DNA of 64,000 bases, taken from positions 49,658 through 113,657 of the forward strand of contig CAIKKY010000030.1 of NCBI GenBank assembly GCA_903828145.1, given 5' to 3'. Position 1 is the stretch's first letter; every line of letters starts with the position of its first letter. Made by a program: the position numbers and the translations under genes. This stretch comes from an uncultured Hyphomicrobiales bacterium (GTDB lineage: Bacteria > Pseudomonadota > Alphaproteobacteria > Rhizobiales > Devosiaceae). Shown piece after piece: positions 9,108 to 18,819 of the stretch. The notes under the pieces were generated by a model that searched no databases, was not told the DNA's origin, and saw only the letters and a program-made list of their open reading frames with translations.

Positions 9108-10700
9108 ATGAAGCTGACGTCCACCCTGCTCGCTGCCACCGCGCTTGTCGCGCTCATGGCTGGCGTGGCCGAGGCCAAGACGCTGATCTACTGTTCGGAA
9201 GCGTCGCCGGCCAATTTCGACCCCGGCACCACCACCGGCGGTAATGATTTCGATGCCTCGTCGCGCACGATCTATTCGCGCCTTGTCGAGTTCAAGCACG
9301 GCTCGACCGAAATCGAGCCCGGCCTCGCTGAAAGCTGGGAAATCTCGGCCGATGGCCTGACCTACACCTTCCACCTGCGTGCAGGTGTGAAGTTCCAGAC
9401 CACCGACTTCTTCAAGCCGACCCGCGATCTGAACGCCGACGACGTGATCTTCTCGTTCGATCGCCAGCAGAACCCGGAAAATCCGTGGAACAAGTATCTG
9501 CCGGATCTGGCGTGGGACTACTACACCGGCATGGACATGCCGAAGTACGTCAAGAGCTGGGAAAAGGTCGACGATCTGACCGTGAAGCTCAACCTCAACG
9601 AACCCAATGCACCGATGCTGGCCAACCTCGGCATGGACTTCGCGTCCATCGTGTCGAAGGAATATGCCGATCAGCTGCAGGCCTCGGGCGCTCTCGCCGA
9701 TTTCTCGACCAAGCCGGTCGGCACTGGCCCGTTCCAGTTCGTCGATTACCAGCTTGACGCCGTGATCCGCTATGCGGCCTTCCCGGACTACTACAAGGGC
9801 AAGGAAAAGATCGACGATCTGGTCTTCGCCATCACCCCCGATGCAACGGCCCGGACCCAGAAGGTGCTGGCCGGCGAATGCGATATCGCGCCCTATCCCA
9901 ATCCGGCCGACATTGCCTCGCTCAAGACCAACGACACCATCAATCTGATGGAACAGGCCGGTCTCAACATCGGCTACATGAGCTACAACACCACCATCGC
10001 GCCGCTGGACCGGGCTGACGTGCGTCACGCGCTGAGCCAGGCCATCGACCGCAATGCGCTCATTCAGGCGCTGTTCCAGGACGCGGGTGCAACCCCGGCC
10101 CAGAACCTGATCCCGCCCACCATGTGGAGCTGGAACAAGGACGTGGCCGCCGAAGCCTATGATCCGGAAGCCGCCAAGAAGGTGCTGGCCGACGCTGGCC
10201 TGACCACCATCGACCTGTGGGCATCGGACCGCGTGCGGCCCTATAACCCGAACTTCCAGCGCGCTGCCGAGCTGATCCAGGCCGATTGGGCCAAGGTCGG
10301 CGTGACGGCGAACATCGTCAACTACGAGTGGACCAAGTACCGCGAAGAGGGCAAGAAGCAGGACCGTCCTGGTGCCTTCCAGATCGGCTGGACCGGCGAC
10401 AATGGTGATCCGGACAACTTCTTTGCCACCCTGTTCTCCTGCGCCGCTATCGGCGTGTCGAACTACTCGAGCTGGTGCAATGACGAGTTCGAGGCTCTGA
10501 TCCAGAAGGCCAAGACCACTTCGGACATCGCCGAACGCACCAAGCTCTATGAAGAAGCCCAGGTGATCTTTGCCAAGGAAGCTCCGGCGTTCCTGCTGGC
10601 GCACTCGCAGGTCTACACGATCGTGGCGAAGAGCGTGACGGGCTACCAGATGGACCCGCTCGGCATTCACCGCTTCGACGGCACCGATAAGGCCGAGTAA
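9108..10700 (+). CDS. dppA: Dipeptide ABC transporter substrate-binding protein
   Basis: Signal peptide, LIYCSEASP, PGLAESWEIS, PVGTGPF and GWTGDNGDPDNF motifs; start at MKLTS after GGGAG SD. Confidence 0.93.
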   Translation: MKLTSTLLAATALVALMAGVAEAKTLIYCSEASPANFDPGTTTGGNDFDASSRTIYSRLVEFKHGSTEIEPGLAESWEISADGLTYTFHLRAGVKFQTTDFFKPTRDLNADDVIFSFDRQQNPENPWNKYLPDLAWDYYTGMDMPKYVKSWEKVDDLTVKLNLNEPNAPMLANLGMDFASIVSKEYADQLQASGALADFSTKPVGTGPFQFVDYQLDAVIRYAAFPDYYKGKEKIDDLVFAITPDATARTQKVLAGECDIAPYPNPADIASLKTNDTINLMEQAGLNIGYMSYNTTIAPLDRADVRHALSQAIDRNALIQALFQDAGATPAQNLIPPTMWSWNKDVAAEAYDPEAAKKVLADAGLTTIDLWASDRVRPYNPNFQRAAELIQADWAKVGVTANIVNYEWTKYREEGKKQDRPGAFQIGWTGDNGDPDNFFATLFSCAAIGVSNYSSWCNDEFEALIQKAKTTSDIAERTKLYEEAQVIFAKEAPAFLLAHSQVYTIVAKSVTGYQMDPLGIHRFDGTDKAE

Positions 10701-10716
10701 GCCGAACTTAACCCCC

Positions 10717-10740
10717 AGGCGGCGCCCCCGGGCGCCGCCT
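10717..10740 (+). other. Intercistronic GC hairpin after dppA (likely mRNA-stabilising)
   Basis: AGGCGGCGCCC-CC-GGGCGCCGCCT perfect stem, no U-tract. Confidence 0.55.
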
Positions 10741-10756
10741 CCAGATTGCGTCGGTC

Positions 10757-11767
10757 ATGCTCCGTTTCATTCTCAACAAACTCGCGCTGATCCTGCCGAC
10801 CGTGATCGGCATCACGATCTGCGCTTTCGTTTTTGTGCGCATCCTCCCCGGCGACCCGATCCTCGCCATGGCGGGCGAGCACGGCGTGACGCCCGAGCGC
10901 TATGCGCTGCTGCGCGAGCAGTTCGGCTACAATCTGCCGATCTGGGAACAATATTTCCGCTATGTCTGGGCCGCGCTGCAGGGCGATTTCGGCGTGTCGC
11001 TGTCCTCAAAGCGCCCCGTACTTGAGCAATTCCTCACCCTGTTTCCCGCCACGTTCGAGCTGACCCTGTTTGCCTCGATCTTTTCTGTCATCCTCGGCGT
11101 GCCTGCGGGCATGATCGCCGCCATCAGGCGCGGCTCCTGGGTGGATCAGACGCTCATGGGCACCGCGCTGGTCGGCTATTCCATGCCGATTTTCTGGTGG
11201 GGCCTGCTGCTCATCATTTTCTTTTCCGGCTATCTCGGCTGGACCCCGGTTTCGGGCCGCATTGCGTTGCAGTTCTTTCTGAAGCCGATCACCGGCTTCA
11301 TGACCATCGACAGCCTGCTCTATGGCAAGTTCGATGCGTTCGTGTCGGCGCTGCGCCATCTGGTCCTGCCCACCATTGTGCTCGGCACCATTCCGCTGGC
11401 GGTGATTGCGCGCCAGACGCGCTCAGCCATGCTCGAAGTGCTGGGGGAGGATTATGTCCGCACCGCCCGCGCCAAGGGTCTGTCCCCCAATCGCGTTGTG
11501 GGTCTGCATGCCCTGCGGAATGCGCTCATTCCGGTCGTTACCACCATCGGCCTGCAGGTGGGCACGCTGCTCGCGGGCGCCATCCTTACCGAAACCATCT
11601 TTTCCTGGCCGGGCATCGGCAAGTGGATGGTCGATTCCATCTTCAAGCGGGATTACGTCGTGGTGCAATCGGGCCTGCTCATCATCGCGCTGATCGTTAT
11701 GGCGGTGAACCTGCTCGTTGATGTGCTCTATGCCGTCATCAATCCGCGCATCCGGGTGGCCTCATGA
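10757..11767 (+). CDS. dppB: Dipeptide ABC transporter permease
   Basis: LPGDP, SMPIFW and EAA loop (EDYVRTARAKG). Confidence 0.92.
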   Translation: MLRFILNKLALILPTVIGITICAFVFVRILPGDPILAMAGEHGVTPERYALLREQFGYNLPIWEQYFRYVWAALQGDFGVSLSSKRPVLEQFLTLFPATFELTLFASIFSVILGVPAGMIAAIRRGSWVDQTLMGTALVGYSMPIFWWGLLLIIFFSGYLGWTPVSGRIALQFFLKPITGFMTIDSLLYGKFDAFVSALRHLVLPTIVLGTIPLAVIARQTRSAMLEVLGEDYVRTARAKGLSPNRVVGLHALRNALIPVVTTIGLQVGTLLAGAILTETIFSWPGIGKWMVDSIFKRDYVVVQSGLLIIALIVMAVNLLVDVLYAVINPRIRVAS

Positions 11768-12666
11768 CCACGACCGAAATCGTCCCCGAGATCGCCACCG
11801 CCCGCGGCGCGGCGCTCAGGGAATTCTGGTACGCCTTCTCGCGCAACAAGGGCGCCGTGATCGGGCTCGTGGTCTTCGTGCTGATGGTGCTCGTTGCGCT
11901 GTTCGCGCCGCTGCTTGCGCCCTTTGCCCCTGAAATTCAGGACAAGACCGCGTTCCTCAAGCCGCCGGCCTGGACGGCGGGCGGCGACCCCCGCTACCTC
12001 CTCGGCACCGATCCGGTGGGCCGCGACATGCTCTCGCGCCTGCTGCATGGCGCGCGGTTTTCGCTGCTAATCGGCTTTGTTGTGGTGGTGCTGTCGCTGG
12101 TGTTCGGCATTACGCTGGGGCTGCTGGCCGGCTATTTCCGGGGCTGGGTCGATACCGCCATCATGCGCGTGATGGACCTGATCCTGTCCTTCCCTTCGCT
12201 CTTGCTCGCGCTCGTGATGGTGACCATTCTCGGGCCCGGTCTGTTCAACGCCATGCTGGCGATTGCGCTTGTGCTGCAGCCGCATTTTGCGCGCCTCACC
12301 CGTGCCGCCGTCATGGCCGAAAAGAACCGCGAATATGTCACCGCCGCCCGTCTCGCCGGGGCGGGGCACATCCGGCTGATGCTGCGGACCATCCTGCCCA
12401 ATTGCCTCGGGCCGCTCATCGTACAGGCGACCCTCAGCTTTTCGGCCGCCATTCTCGAAGCCGCCGCGCTCGGCTTCCTCGGGCTTGGCGCCCAGCCGCC
12501 GACGCCCGAATGGGGCACCATGCTGGCGAATGCGCGCGAGTTCATCCAGCGCGCACCCTGGGTTGTCACCTTCCCGGGCCTCGCCATTCTTGTCACTGTG
12601 CTCGCCATCAACCTGATCGGCGATGGGCTGCGCGATGCGCTCGACCCCAAGCTGAAGCGGAGCTGA
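11764..12666 (+). CDS. dppC: Dipeptide ABC transporter permease
   Basis: LGTDPVGRD, EYVTAAR, PPTPEWG and GDGLRDALDP motifs. Confidence 0.92.
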   Translation: MTTTEIVPEIATARGAALREFWYAFSRNKGAVIGLVVFVLMVLVALFAPLLAPFAPEIQDKTAFLKPPAWTAGGDPRYLLGTDPVGRDMLSRLLHGARFSLLIGFVVVVLSLVFGITLGLLAGYFRGWVDTAIMRVMDLILSFPSLLLALVMVTILGPGLFNAMLAIALVLQPHFARLTRAAVMAEKNREYVTAARLAGAGHIRLMLRTILPNCLGPLIVQATLSFSAAILEAAALGFLGLGAQPPTPEWGTMLANAREFIQRAPWVVTFPGLAILVTVLAINLIGDGLRDALDPKLKRS

Positions 12667-12670
12667 CCCG

Positions 12671-13513
12671 ATGGCGCTCCTCGAAATCCGCAACCTCACG
12701 GTTTCTTTCGATACGGCCAATGGCCCCTTTGCGGCCGTGAAGGGCATCGATCTCGCGGTCGACCCGCGCGAAGTGCTGGCCATCGTAGGCGAGTCCGGCT
12801 CCGGCAAATCCGTCGCCATGCTGGCCGTCATGGGCCTGCTGCCGCCCAGTGCCACCGTGCGCGCCGACCGGATGACCTTCAAGGGCACCGACCTGTTGGG
12901 TCTCAGCCCCCGTGAGCGCCGCCGCCTCATTGGCAAAGACATTGCCATGATCTTTCAGGAGCCGATGACCAGCCTCAATCCCTGTTTCACCGTGGGATGG
13001 CAGGTCGATGAGGTGCTGCGCGTGCACATGGGGCTCGACCGCGCCCACCGCCGCGCTCGCGTGATTGAACTCTTCGAGCAGGTGGGTATTCCTGATCCCG
13101 CCCGGCGCGTTCACGCCTTTCCGCATCAGCTTTCGGGCGGACAGAACCAGCGCGTGATGATCGCCATGGCGATTGCCTGCAACCCACGCCTGCTGATTGC
13201 CGACGAGCCGACAACCGCGCTCGATGTCACCATCCAGAAGCAGATTCTCGATCTGCTGCTGCGCCTTCAGGCCGAGCATGGCATGGCGCTCATCATGATT
13301 ACCCACAACATCGGGGTCGTCGCTGAGACCGCCGACCGCGTGGTGGTGCAGTATCGCGGGCTGAAAATGGAGGAGGCCACCGTGCTCGACCTCTTTGAAA
13401 ACCCGCAAAGCCCCTATACCCGCGCGCTGCTCGCGGCCCTGCCTGAAAATGCGACCGGCGACCGGCTGCCCACAATTGAGGGCTTCAACCCCGAGGAGCT
13501 GGCCACCCGATGA
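12671..13513 (+). CDS. dppD: Dipeptide ABC transporter ATPase
   Basis: [16 protein letters not shown] and DEPTTALD motifs. Confidence 0.92.
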   Translation: MALLEIRNLTVSFDTANGPFAAVKGIDLAVDPREVLAIVGESGSGKSVAMLAVMGLLPPSATVRADRMTFKGTDLLGLSPRERRRLIGKDIAMIFQEPMTSLNPCFTVGWQVDEVLRVHMGLDRAHRRARVIELFEQVGIPDPARRVHAFPHQLSGGQNQRVMIAMAIACNPRLLIADEPTTALDVTIQKQILDLLLRLQAEHGMALIMITHNIGVVAETADRVVVQYRGLKMEEATVLDLFENPQSPYTRALLAALPENATGDRLPTIEGFNPEELATR

Positions 13514-14343
13514 GCATCGTCCTCGAAGCGCGCAACCTGTTCCGCGACTACCATGTGCCTGCGAGCTTCAATTCGCCCGCCCGCACCGTGCAGGCGTTGA
13601 AAGACGCCAGCTTCAGCCTGAAGGCCGGCGAAACGCTGGCCGTGGTCGGGGAATCCGGCTCGGGCAAATCGACGCTCGCGCGTATCCTCACCCTCATTGA
13701 CCGGCAGACGTCGGGCTCGCTCCACATTGAGGGCCGCGAGATCGACATTGCGCGCCAGAAGGTGACGCCCGAACTCCGCCGCACCGTGCAGATGGTCTTT
13801 CAGAACCCTTATGGCTCGCTCAACCCGCGCCAGAAAATCGGCGATACGCTGATGGAGCCGCTTGAGCTGAACACCCGCCTGCCCAAGGCCGATCGCGAAG
13901 CCCAGGCGCGCGAAATGCTGCGGCGGGTCGGGCTCGATCCGGCGCATTTCAACCGCTATCCGCACATGTTTTCGGGCGGACAGCGCCAGCGCATCGCCAT
14001 TGCGCGCGCCATCATGTTGCGCCCGAAAATCCTCGTGCTCGATGAGCCGGTATCGGCGCTCGATCTTTCGGTCCAGGCTCAGATTCTCAACCTCCTGGCT
14101 GATCTGCAGGACGAATTCGGGTTGAGCTATGTCTTCATCAGTCACGATCTGTCGGTGGTCAAATATATCGCTGACGAAGTGATCGTGATGTACCTCGGCG
14201 AAGTGGTGGAAAAGGGCACGCGCGACCAGGTGTTTGCCGCACCGGCACACCCCTATACGCAGGCGCTGTTCGCTGCGACACCCAAGGCCGATGTCGCCCA
14301 TATCCGCGCCCGCATGGCCGCCAAGGCCGCTCCCACCGCCTGA
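13510..14343 (+). CDS. dppF: Dipeptide ABC transporter ATPase
   Basis: [24 protein letters not shown] and HPYT motifs. Confidence 0.92.
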   Translation: MSIVLEARNLFRDYHVPASFNSPARTVQALKDASFSLKAGETLAVVGESGSGKSTLARILTLIDRQTSGSLHIEGREIDIARQKVTPELRRTVQMVFQNPYGSLNPRQKIGDTLMEPLELNTRLPKADREAQAREMLRRVGLDPAHFNRYPHMFSGGQRQRIAIARAIMLRPKILVLDEPVSALDLSVQAQILNLLADLQDEFGLSYVFISHDLSVVKYIADEVIVMYLGEVVEKGTRDQVFAAPAHPYTQALFAATPKADVAHIRARMAAKAAPTA

Positions 14344-14351
14344 GGGGCCGC

Positions 14352-14399
14352 TTAAGCCTTCATTAAGCCGGGGTTGATACGTATTTAAACGTATTTTAC
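14352..14399. promoter_or_regulatory. Array of five CtrA-type half-sites in 11-bp phase
   Basis: TTAA(14352)-N7-TTAA(14363)-N7-TTGA(14374)-N7-TTAA(14385)-N7-TTAC(14396); the first pair is a perfect TTAA-N7-TTAA. Confidence 0.7.
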
Positions 14400-14410
14400 T
14401 CATTATTCCG

Positions 14411-16666
14411 GTGGCTGCTGTGCCTCCCTCAAAGATTTCCCCGCGCCCCACCAAGGGTGCTGCGCCCGCTGATGCGCCGCCCCCGGCGCGCATGCGCGTG
14501 CAGTTAACCTGGGTTGCCCACAAGCCGGTCGATGGCTATCTGGCGGCCGCGATCGGCAGCATGGTGCTTGTTGTTGCCGTCATGGTCACGCTCGCTGTCT
14601 CCATGGCCACCGGCTTTGGCAATACGCGCGACCGCGACCGCGACGCCCAGACCCTTGCAGGCGCGCTGCAGAGCCGCCTCGATGCGTTGATTGTGCAGGC
14701 CGCTGCGGAATCAGGCCGCCCGGAATCCTACCTCAATATCTACGGCCAGAATAACCCGGCGTGGTTCGATTCCGAATGGGGCAAGACCGCGCGGAAGGGC
14801 AAGGCGTTCGAGTTTGCCGCTGTCACCGATGACGAAGGCCGCATTCTGCTGGGCGAAAGCGTAACCGGGGCACTGGTTGGCGGGATGAGCACGATCATCA
14901 CCCATGCGTCCGAGCTGCTTGACCAGTTGCAGACCGCCACCGAGGGCGCCGATGACGACCTCGCGGTGGGCGGTTTCACGCGCTACGAAGGCTCGCTCGC
15001 GATTGTAGCGGGTACAGTCATTCACGGCACCGTCGATCAGGCCAGCATTGGTCCCAAGGAGCGCCGCCTGCTGTGGATCGGTAGACGCATAAAGAACGAA
15101 GATCTGGTGGCCATTTCCGACCATTACAGCCTGCCCCGGTTGCAGCTTGTCGAGGCCGACGATCCCGGGGCCGCCAGCCTTGAAATTCGCGATCTGGACA
15201 AGCATCGCCTGAGCTATGTCCGGTGGCAGGCGCAGAATCCGGCCGATGGGATCCTGACGCGCATTCTCTTTGTTTCGGCGCTGGCCATACTGCTTCTGGC
15301 GGGCCTCGTGATCTGGGGCGTGACCAAGCTGCGGGGCATGTTGCAGCGCCGCAACGTGCAGGAAGAGGTCAACTGGCGGTTGGCGCGGTTCGATCCGCTG
15401 ACCGGCCTGCCCAATGTGTTCGGGCTCGAAGAAACTTTCCGCCAGACGTTGGGGCCAAGGGGTTCTGACCGGCCGCTGGCCATTGCGCAGATCGGCGTTG
15501 ATGGCTTGGCCGAACTAGGGGCCGCCTATGGCCGCGAAGTGGCCGATCGGGCCTTCCGGCAGATGGCCGAGCGCATCGACAAGCTGGCGGGCACCAAGGC
15601 CATTCTCGCCCGGTCCGGCCCCGCCGAACTGACCCTTGCCGCTGCCGGGGCCGATTCCGACGATGTGACTGGGCGGCTCGCACGCGACATTCTCACCGCC
15701 GCCGCCAGCCCGCTGATTGTCGACAAGCATCAGTTGCGCCTCGGCGTCAGCGTGGGTACTGCCGACAGCGACCGCGTGAATGTGCTCGATACCTTAAAGC
15801 GCGGCGATATCGCCCTGTCCGCGGCCCGCTCGGCTGGTGGCGGTCGGGTGATCTATTTCGATCCGGCCGTGGAAGATGATCGCCGCCGCCAGATCGCGCT
15901 CGATGCCGATATGCGAACGGCGTTGAAGGCCAGTGCCTTCGATGTGGTCTATCAGCCAATCGTCGAATTCGAGACCGGTCGGGTGGTGGGGGCCGAGGCC
16001 ATGCTGCGCTGGCGGCGCGGCGAAACCGTGCTGAGCGCCAATGAATTCATGCCCGCCGCCGAGCGCTCGGGTCTGGTCGATGAACTCGGACTTTTCGCCC
16101 TGCAGCGGGCTATCGAGGACTTCTCGCCCATCCCCAAATTGACCCTGGGGCTTGATTTCTGGCCCTCGCAACTGTCGCGGCCGGAACTGCCCGAGCGGGT
16201 CGGGGCCCTGCTCAACGAATTTGGTTTCGCACCCGGACGCCTGCAGATCGAGATGACCGAGACCTTTCCCATCAAGGCCCCCGGACGCTCGCGCGATGTG
16301 ATGGGCGTGTTCCACGGGCTGGGGGTCAAGCTCGCGCTCGATGCCTTTGGCACGGGCCGCTCGTCGGTTGCCTTTCTCGGGCGGCTGCCGTTTGACCGGA
16401 TCAAGCTCGACCGCAACCTCTTGGGCGATCTCGACCGCGAGGACGACCGCGCCCAGACTGTCAAGGCTACCCTGGTGCAGGCCAAAAAGGCCAATCTCAC
16501 GCCCATCGCCACGGGCGTTGAGCGGGCCGAGGAAGCGGCGCTGCTTGCGCAATTGGGCTGCACCGATTTTCAGGGGCCGCTGTTTTCACGCCCCCTGTCG
16601 TTCGAGGCCTTCGTGCGCCTGTTGCAGCGGCGCGGCCAGCCGGGCGTCACCCGACGCGCAAGCTAG
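14411..16666 (+). CDS. Membrane protein with periplasmic (CHASE4-like) sensor and degenerate GGDEF and EAL domains
   Basis: Two TM segments, DPLTGLPN, SGPAE in place of GGDEF, YQPIV..EAM, DAFGTG and ATGVE. The true start may be ATG 14492. Confidence 0.85.
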   Translation: MAAVPPSKISPRPTKGAAPADAPPPARMRVQLTWVAHKPVDGYLAAAIGSMVLVVAVMVTLAVSMATGFGNTRDRDRDAQTLAGALQSRLDALIVQAAAESGRPESYLNIYGQNNPAWFDSEWGKTARKGKAFEFAAVTDDEGRILLGESVTGALVGGMSTIITHASELLDQLQTATEGADDDLAVGGFTRYEGSLAIVAGTVIHGTVDQASIGPKERRLLWIGRRIKNEDLVAISDHYSLPRLQLVEADDPGAASLEIRDLDKHRLSYVRWQAQNPADGILTRILFVSALAILLLAGLVIWGVTKLRGMLQRRNVQEEVNWRLARFDPLTGLPNVFGLEETFRQTLGPRGSDRPLAIAQIGVDGLAELGAAYGREVADRAFRQMAERIDKLAGTKAILARSGPAELTLAAAGADSDDVTGRLARDILTAAASPLIVDKHQLRLGVSVGTADSDRVNVLDTLKRGDIALSAARSAGGGRVIYFDPAVEDDRRRQIALDADMRTALKASAFDVVYQPIVEFETGRVVGAEAMLRWRRGETVLSANEFMPAAERSGLVDELGLFALQRAIEDFSPIPKLTLGLDFWPSQLSRPELPERVGALLNEFGFAPGRLQIEMTETFPIKAPGRSRDVMGVFHGLGVKLALDAFGTGRSSVAFLGRLPFDRIKLDRNLLGDLDREDDRAQTVKATLVQAKKANLTPIATGVERAEEAALLAQLGCTDFQGPLFSRPLSFEAFVRLLQRRGQPGVTRRAS

Positions 16667-17121
16667 GGCGCAGTCGGGGCGGCAGGCGGGGCCTTTGGCC
16701 CACGGCACCGCGCGCAGAGCCCGCGCAATTCAAGCGTTGCCTGCTTGAGCGCGAAATCATGGCTCTCAGCCCAGGCCTCAAGCCGACTCCTGATCTGTGG
16801 ATCGGCAAATTCATCGACCCGCCCGCAGTCTGTACAAATGGCAAAGGCGATGGTGCCCGAACTGTCTTCGTGGCCCTGCTTCGCACAGCACACAAAGGCG
16901 TTGAGGGATTCGAGCCGGTGCGCCAGCCCGTCGGCCATCAGCTTGTCGAGTGCGCGGTAAATCTGGAGCGGCGCCTTCAGTCCCTCGGCTTTCAGCCGGT
17001 TGAGAAGATCATAGGCCGAAAGCGGGCTGTCCGCCTCGTTGAGCGCCGCGAGCACCAGGGCCTGATTGCGGGTCAGTTCGGGCCGCAGGGCGTGGTGATG
17101 ATGTTCGTGCGAATGCGCCAT
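16663..17121 (-). CDS. zur: Zinc uptake regulator (Fur family)
   Basis: APLQIYRALDKL, HRLESLNAFVCC, CTDCG and C-terminal CARC motifs; coupled to znuB. Confidence 0.9.
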   Translation of the reverse strand: MAHSHEHHHHALRPELTRNQALVLAALNEADSPLSAYDLLNRLKAEGLKAPLQIYRALDKLMADGLAHRLESLNAFVCCAKQGHEDSSGTIAFAICTDCGRVDEFADPQIRSRLEAWAESHDFALKQATLELRGLCARCRGPKAPPAAPTAP

Positions 17122-17924
17122 CAGCCAAGCGCCCGGATCAGCCGCTGCGGCACCAGCAGCGAGAGCAGAAACAGAATAAGCGCCGCGACCACGATCGAGG
17201 GGCCGCTCGGGGTATCATAGCGCATTGAGCCCCAGAGTCCGCCGATGACCCCCAGAACCCCGAGAATCGAGGCCATGACGGCCATCTGTTCGGGGCTCCG
17301 CGACAGCCGCCGCGCCGTCGCTGCCGGAATAATGAGCAGCGAGGTAATGAGCAGCACGCCGACGATCTTCATGGCAATCGCAATCGCCACAGCAAGGAGC
17401 GCCATAAGAATGACCCGCGTCAGTTCGGGCCGCATGCCTTCGGCCTCCGCCAGTTCGGCATTGACCGTGGCCGCCACAAGCGGCCGCCAGAACACCGAGA
17501 CGACGCCAAGGATCACGGCCCCTACACCGGCAATCACCCCGAGGTCGATCATCGAGACGGCAAGGATGTCGCCGAACAGGAAGCCCATGAGATCGACCCT
17601 GATCCAGCTCATGAACGCAACCAGCACCAGACCCAGCGCCAATGCCGAATGGCTGAGAATGCCGAGCAGCGCATCCGACGATAGCGCCTGCCGCCGCTGC
17701 AACAGGATCAGCGCGCCAGCGACCACAGCCGCCACAAGGAACACGCTGAGCGTAAGGTTGATCTCCATAAGGAGACTGAGCGCAACACCGAGCAGCGCCG
17801 AATGCGCCATGGTGTCCCCAAAATAGGCCATGCGCCGCCAGACGACGAGGCAGCCGAGCGGCCCGGTCACGATGGCGAGGAGACTGCCCGCAATGAGCGC
17901 GCGGACGAAGAAATCCTCAAGCAT
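17121..17924 (-). CDS. znuB: Zinc ABC transporter permease
   Basis: WRRMAYFGDTMAHSALLG and LLIIPAATARR motifs; start MLEDFF at 17924. Confidence 0.92.
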   Translation of the reverse strand: MLEDFFVRALIAGSLLAIVTGPLGCLVVWRRMAYFGDTMAHSALLGVALSLLMEINLTLSVFLVAAVVAGALILLQRRQALSSDALLGILSHSALALGLVLVAFMSWIRVDLMGFLFGDILAVSMIDLGVIAGVGAVILGVVSVFWRPLVAATVNAELAEAEGMRPELTRVILMALLAVAIAIAMKIVGVLLITSLLIIPAATARRLSRSPEQMAVMASILGVLGVIGGLWGSMRYDTPSGPSIVVAALILFLLSLLVPQRLIRALG

Positions 17925-18747
17925 GGTCGTGACCCCTATGCGGATGATCGTGATCATGGTGCTCATGGGTGTGCTCATGCACGCTTTGCACATGGCCCGC
18001 CTGATCGAGCACCCGACCATCGGGCAGGTGGGTGTGATCGTGATGATGCTGGTATACGGCAAGGGCCGATCCGGCCCGCTCGCCAAAGAGCTTCAGATAT
18101 TCCGGGCTCCGCGCCACCGAGGCCGGTGTGCCGGTGCAGCACACATGGCCATTGAGGCAGATCACAATATCGGTTGCGGCCATCACCACATGCAGATCAT
18201 GGCTGATGAGCAAAATCCCGCAGCCCGTCTCGTCGCGCAGCGCGCGGATCAGGTCGTAAAGCGCCACCTCGCCGGAAAAATCGACGCCCTGCACCGGCTC
18301 ATCGAGCACCAGCAGATCAGGCTTCCTGAGCATGGCGCGGGCGAGCAGCGCGCGCTGGAATTCGCCGCCAGACAGGTGCTGCACGTCGTCCCGTTTAAGG
18401 TGCCTGATGCCCACCCGGTCGAGCGCCGCATCAATCTCGCTGTCGGTATGGGCGGCGGTGAGCCGCATCAGCCGGGTGACACTGAGGGGCAGGGTCCAGT
18501 CAATGGCCAGCTTTTGCGGCACATAGCCGATCCTCAGGCCCGGGCGGCGGACCACCCGGCCGAAATCGGGCCGGACCACGCCCGTCACCATGCGCGCCGT
18601 GGTCGATTTGCCCGAGCCATTGGGGCCGATCAGCGTTACGATCTCGCGCGGGCGCAGCGTCACATCAACGCCTTCGACCAGCCGGCGGCCGTCGCGCTTC
18701 ACCCCGGCGTCCTCGAGTTTGATCAGATAGTCATCCGGGTCTGCCAC
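17917..18747 (-). CDS. znuC: Zinc ABC transporter ATPase with His-rich tail
   Basis: GPNGSGKST, LSGGEFQR, LDEP and CLNGHVCCTG motifs. Confidence 0.92.
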   Translation of the reverse strand: MADPDDYLIKLEDAGVKRDGRRLVEGVDVTLRPREIVTLIGPNGSGKSTTARMVTGVVRPDFGRVVRRPGLRIGYVPQKLAIDWTLPLSVTRLMRLTAAHTDSEIDAALDRVGIRHLKRDDVQHLSGGEFQRALLARAMLRKPDLLVLDEPVQGVDFSGEVALYDLIRALRDETGCGILLISHDLHVVMAATDIVICLNGHVCCTGTPASVARSPEYLKLFGERAGSALAVYQHHHDHTHLPDGRVLDQAGHVQSVHEHTHEHHDHDHPHRGHDHA

Positions 18748-18767
18748 GCTCTATCGCCTCTTGCCGA

Positions 18768-18819
18768 TGTTATGTTATTACGATACACCCCCATCCCATG
18801 CAAACGTTATATAGTTACA
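18768..18819. promoter_or_regulatory. Two Zur-box-like elements between znuC and znuA
   Basis: TGTTATGTTATTACG (18768-18782) and CGTTATATAGTTACA (18805-18819) versus TGTTATAnTATAACA. Confidence 0.6.

Noticed and set aside
9066-10670. 534-aa antisense ORF over dppA
   Set aside because: Shadow ORF of a GC-rich gene; no motifs, and dppA is unambiguous.
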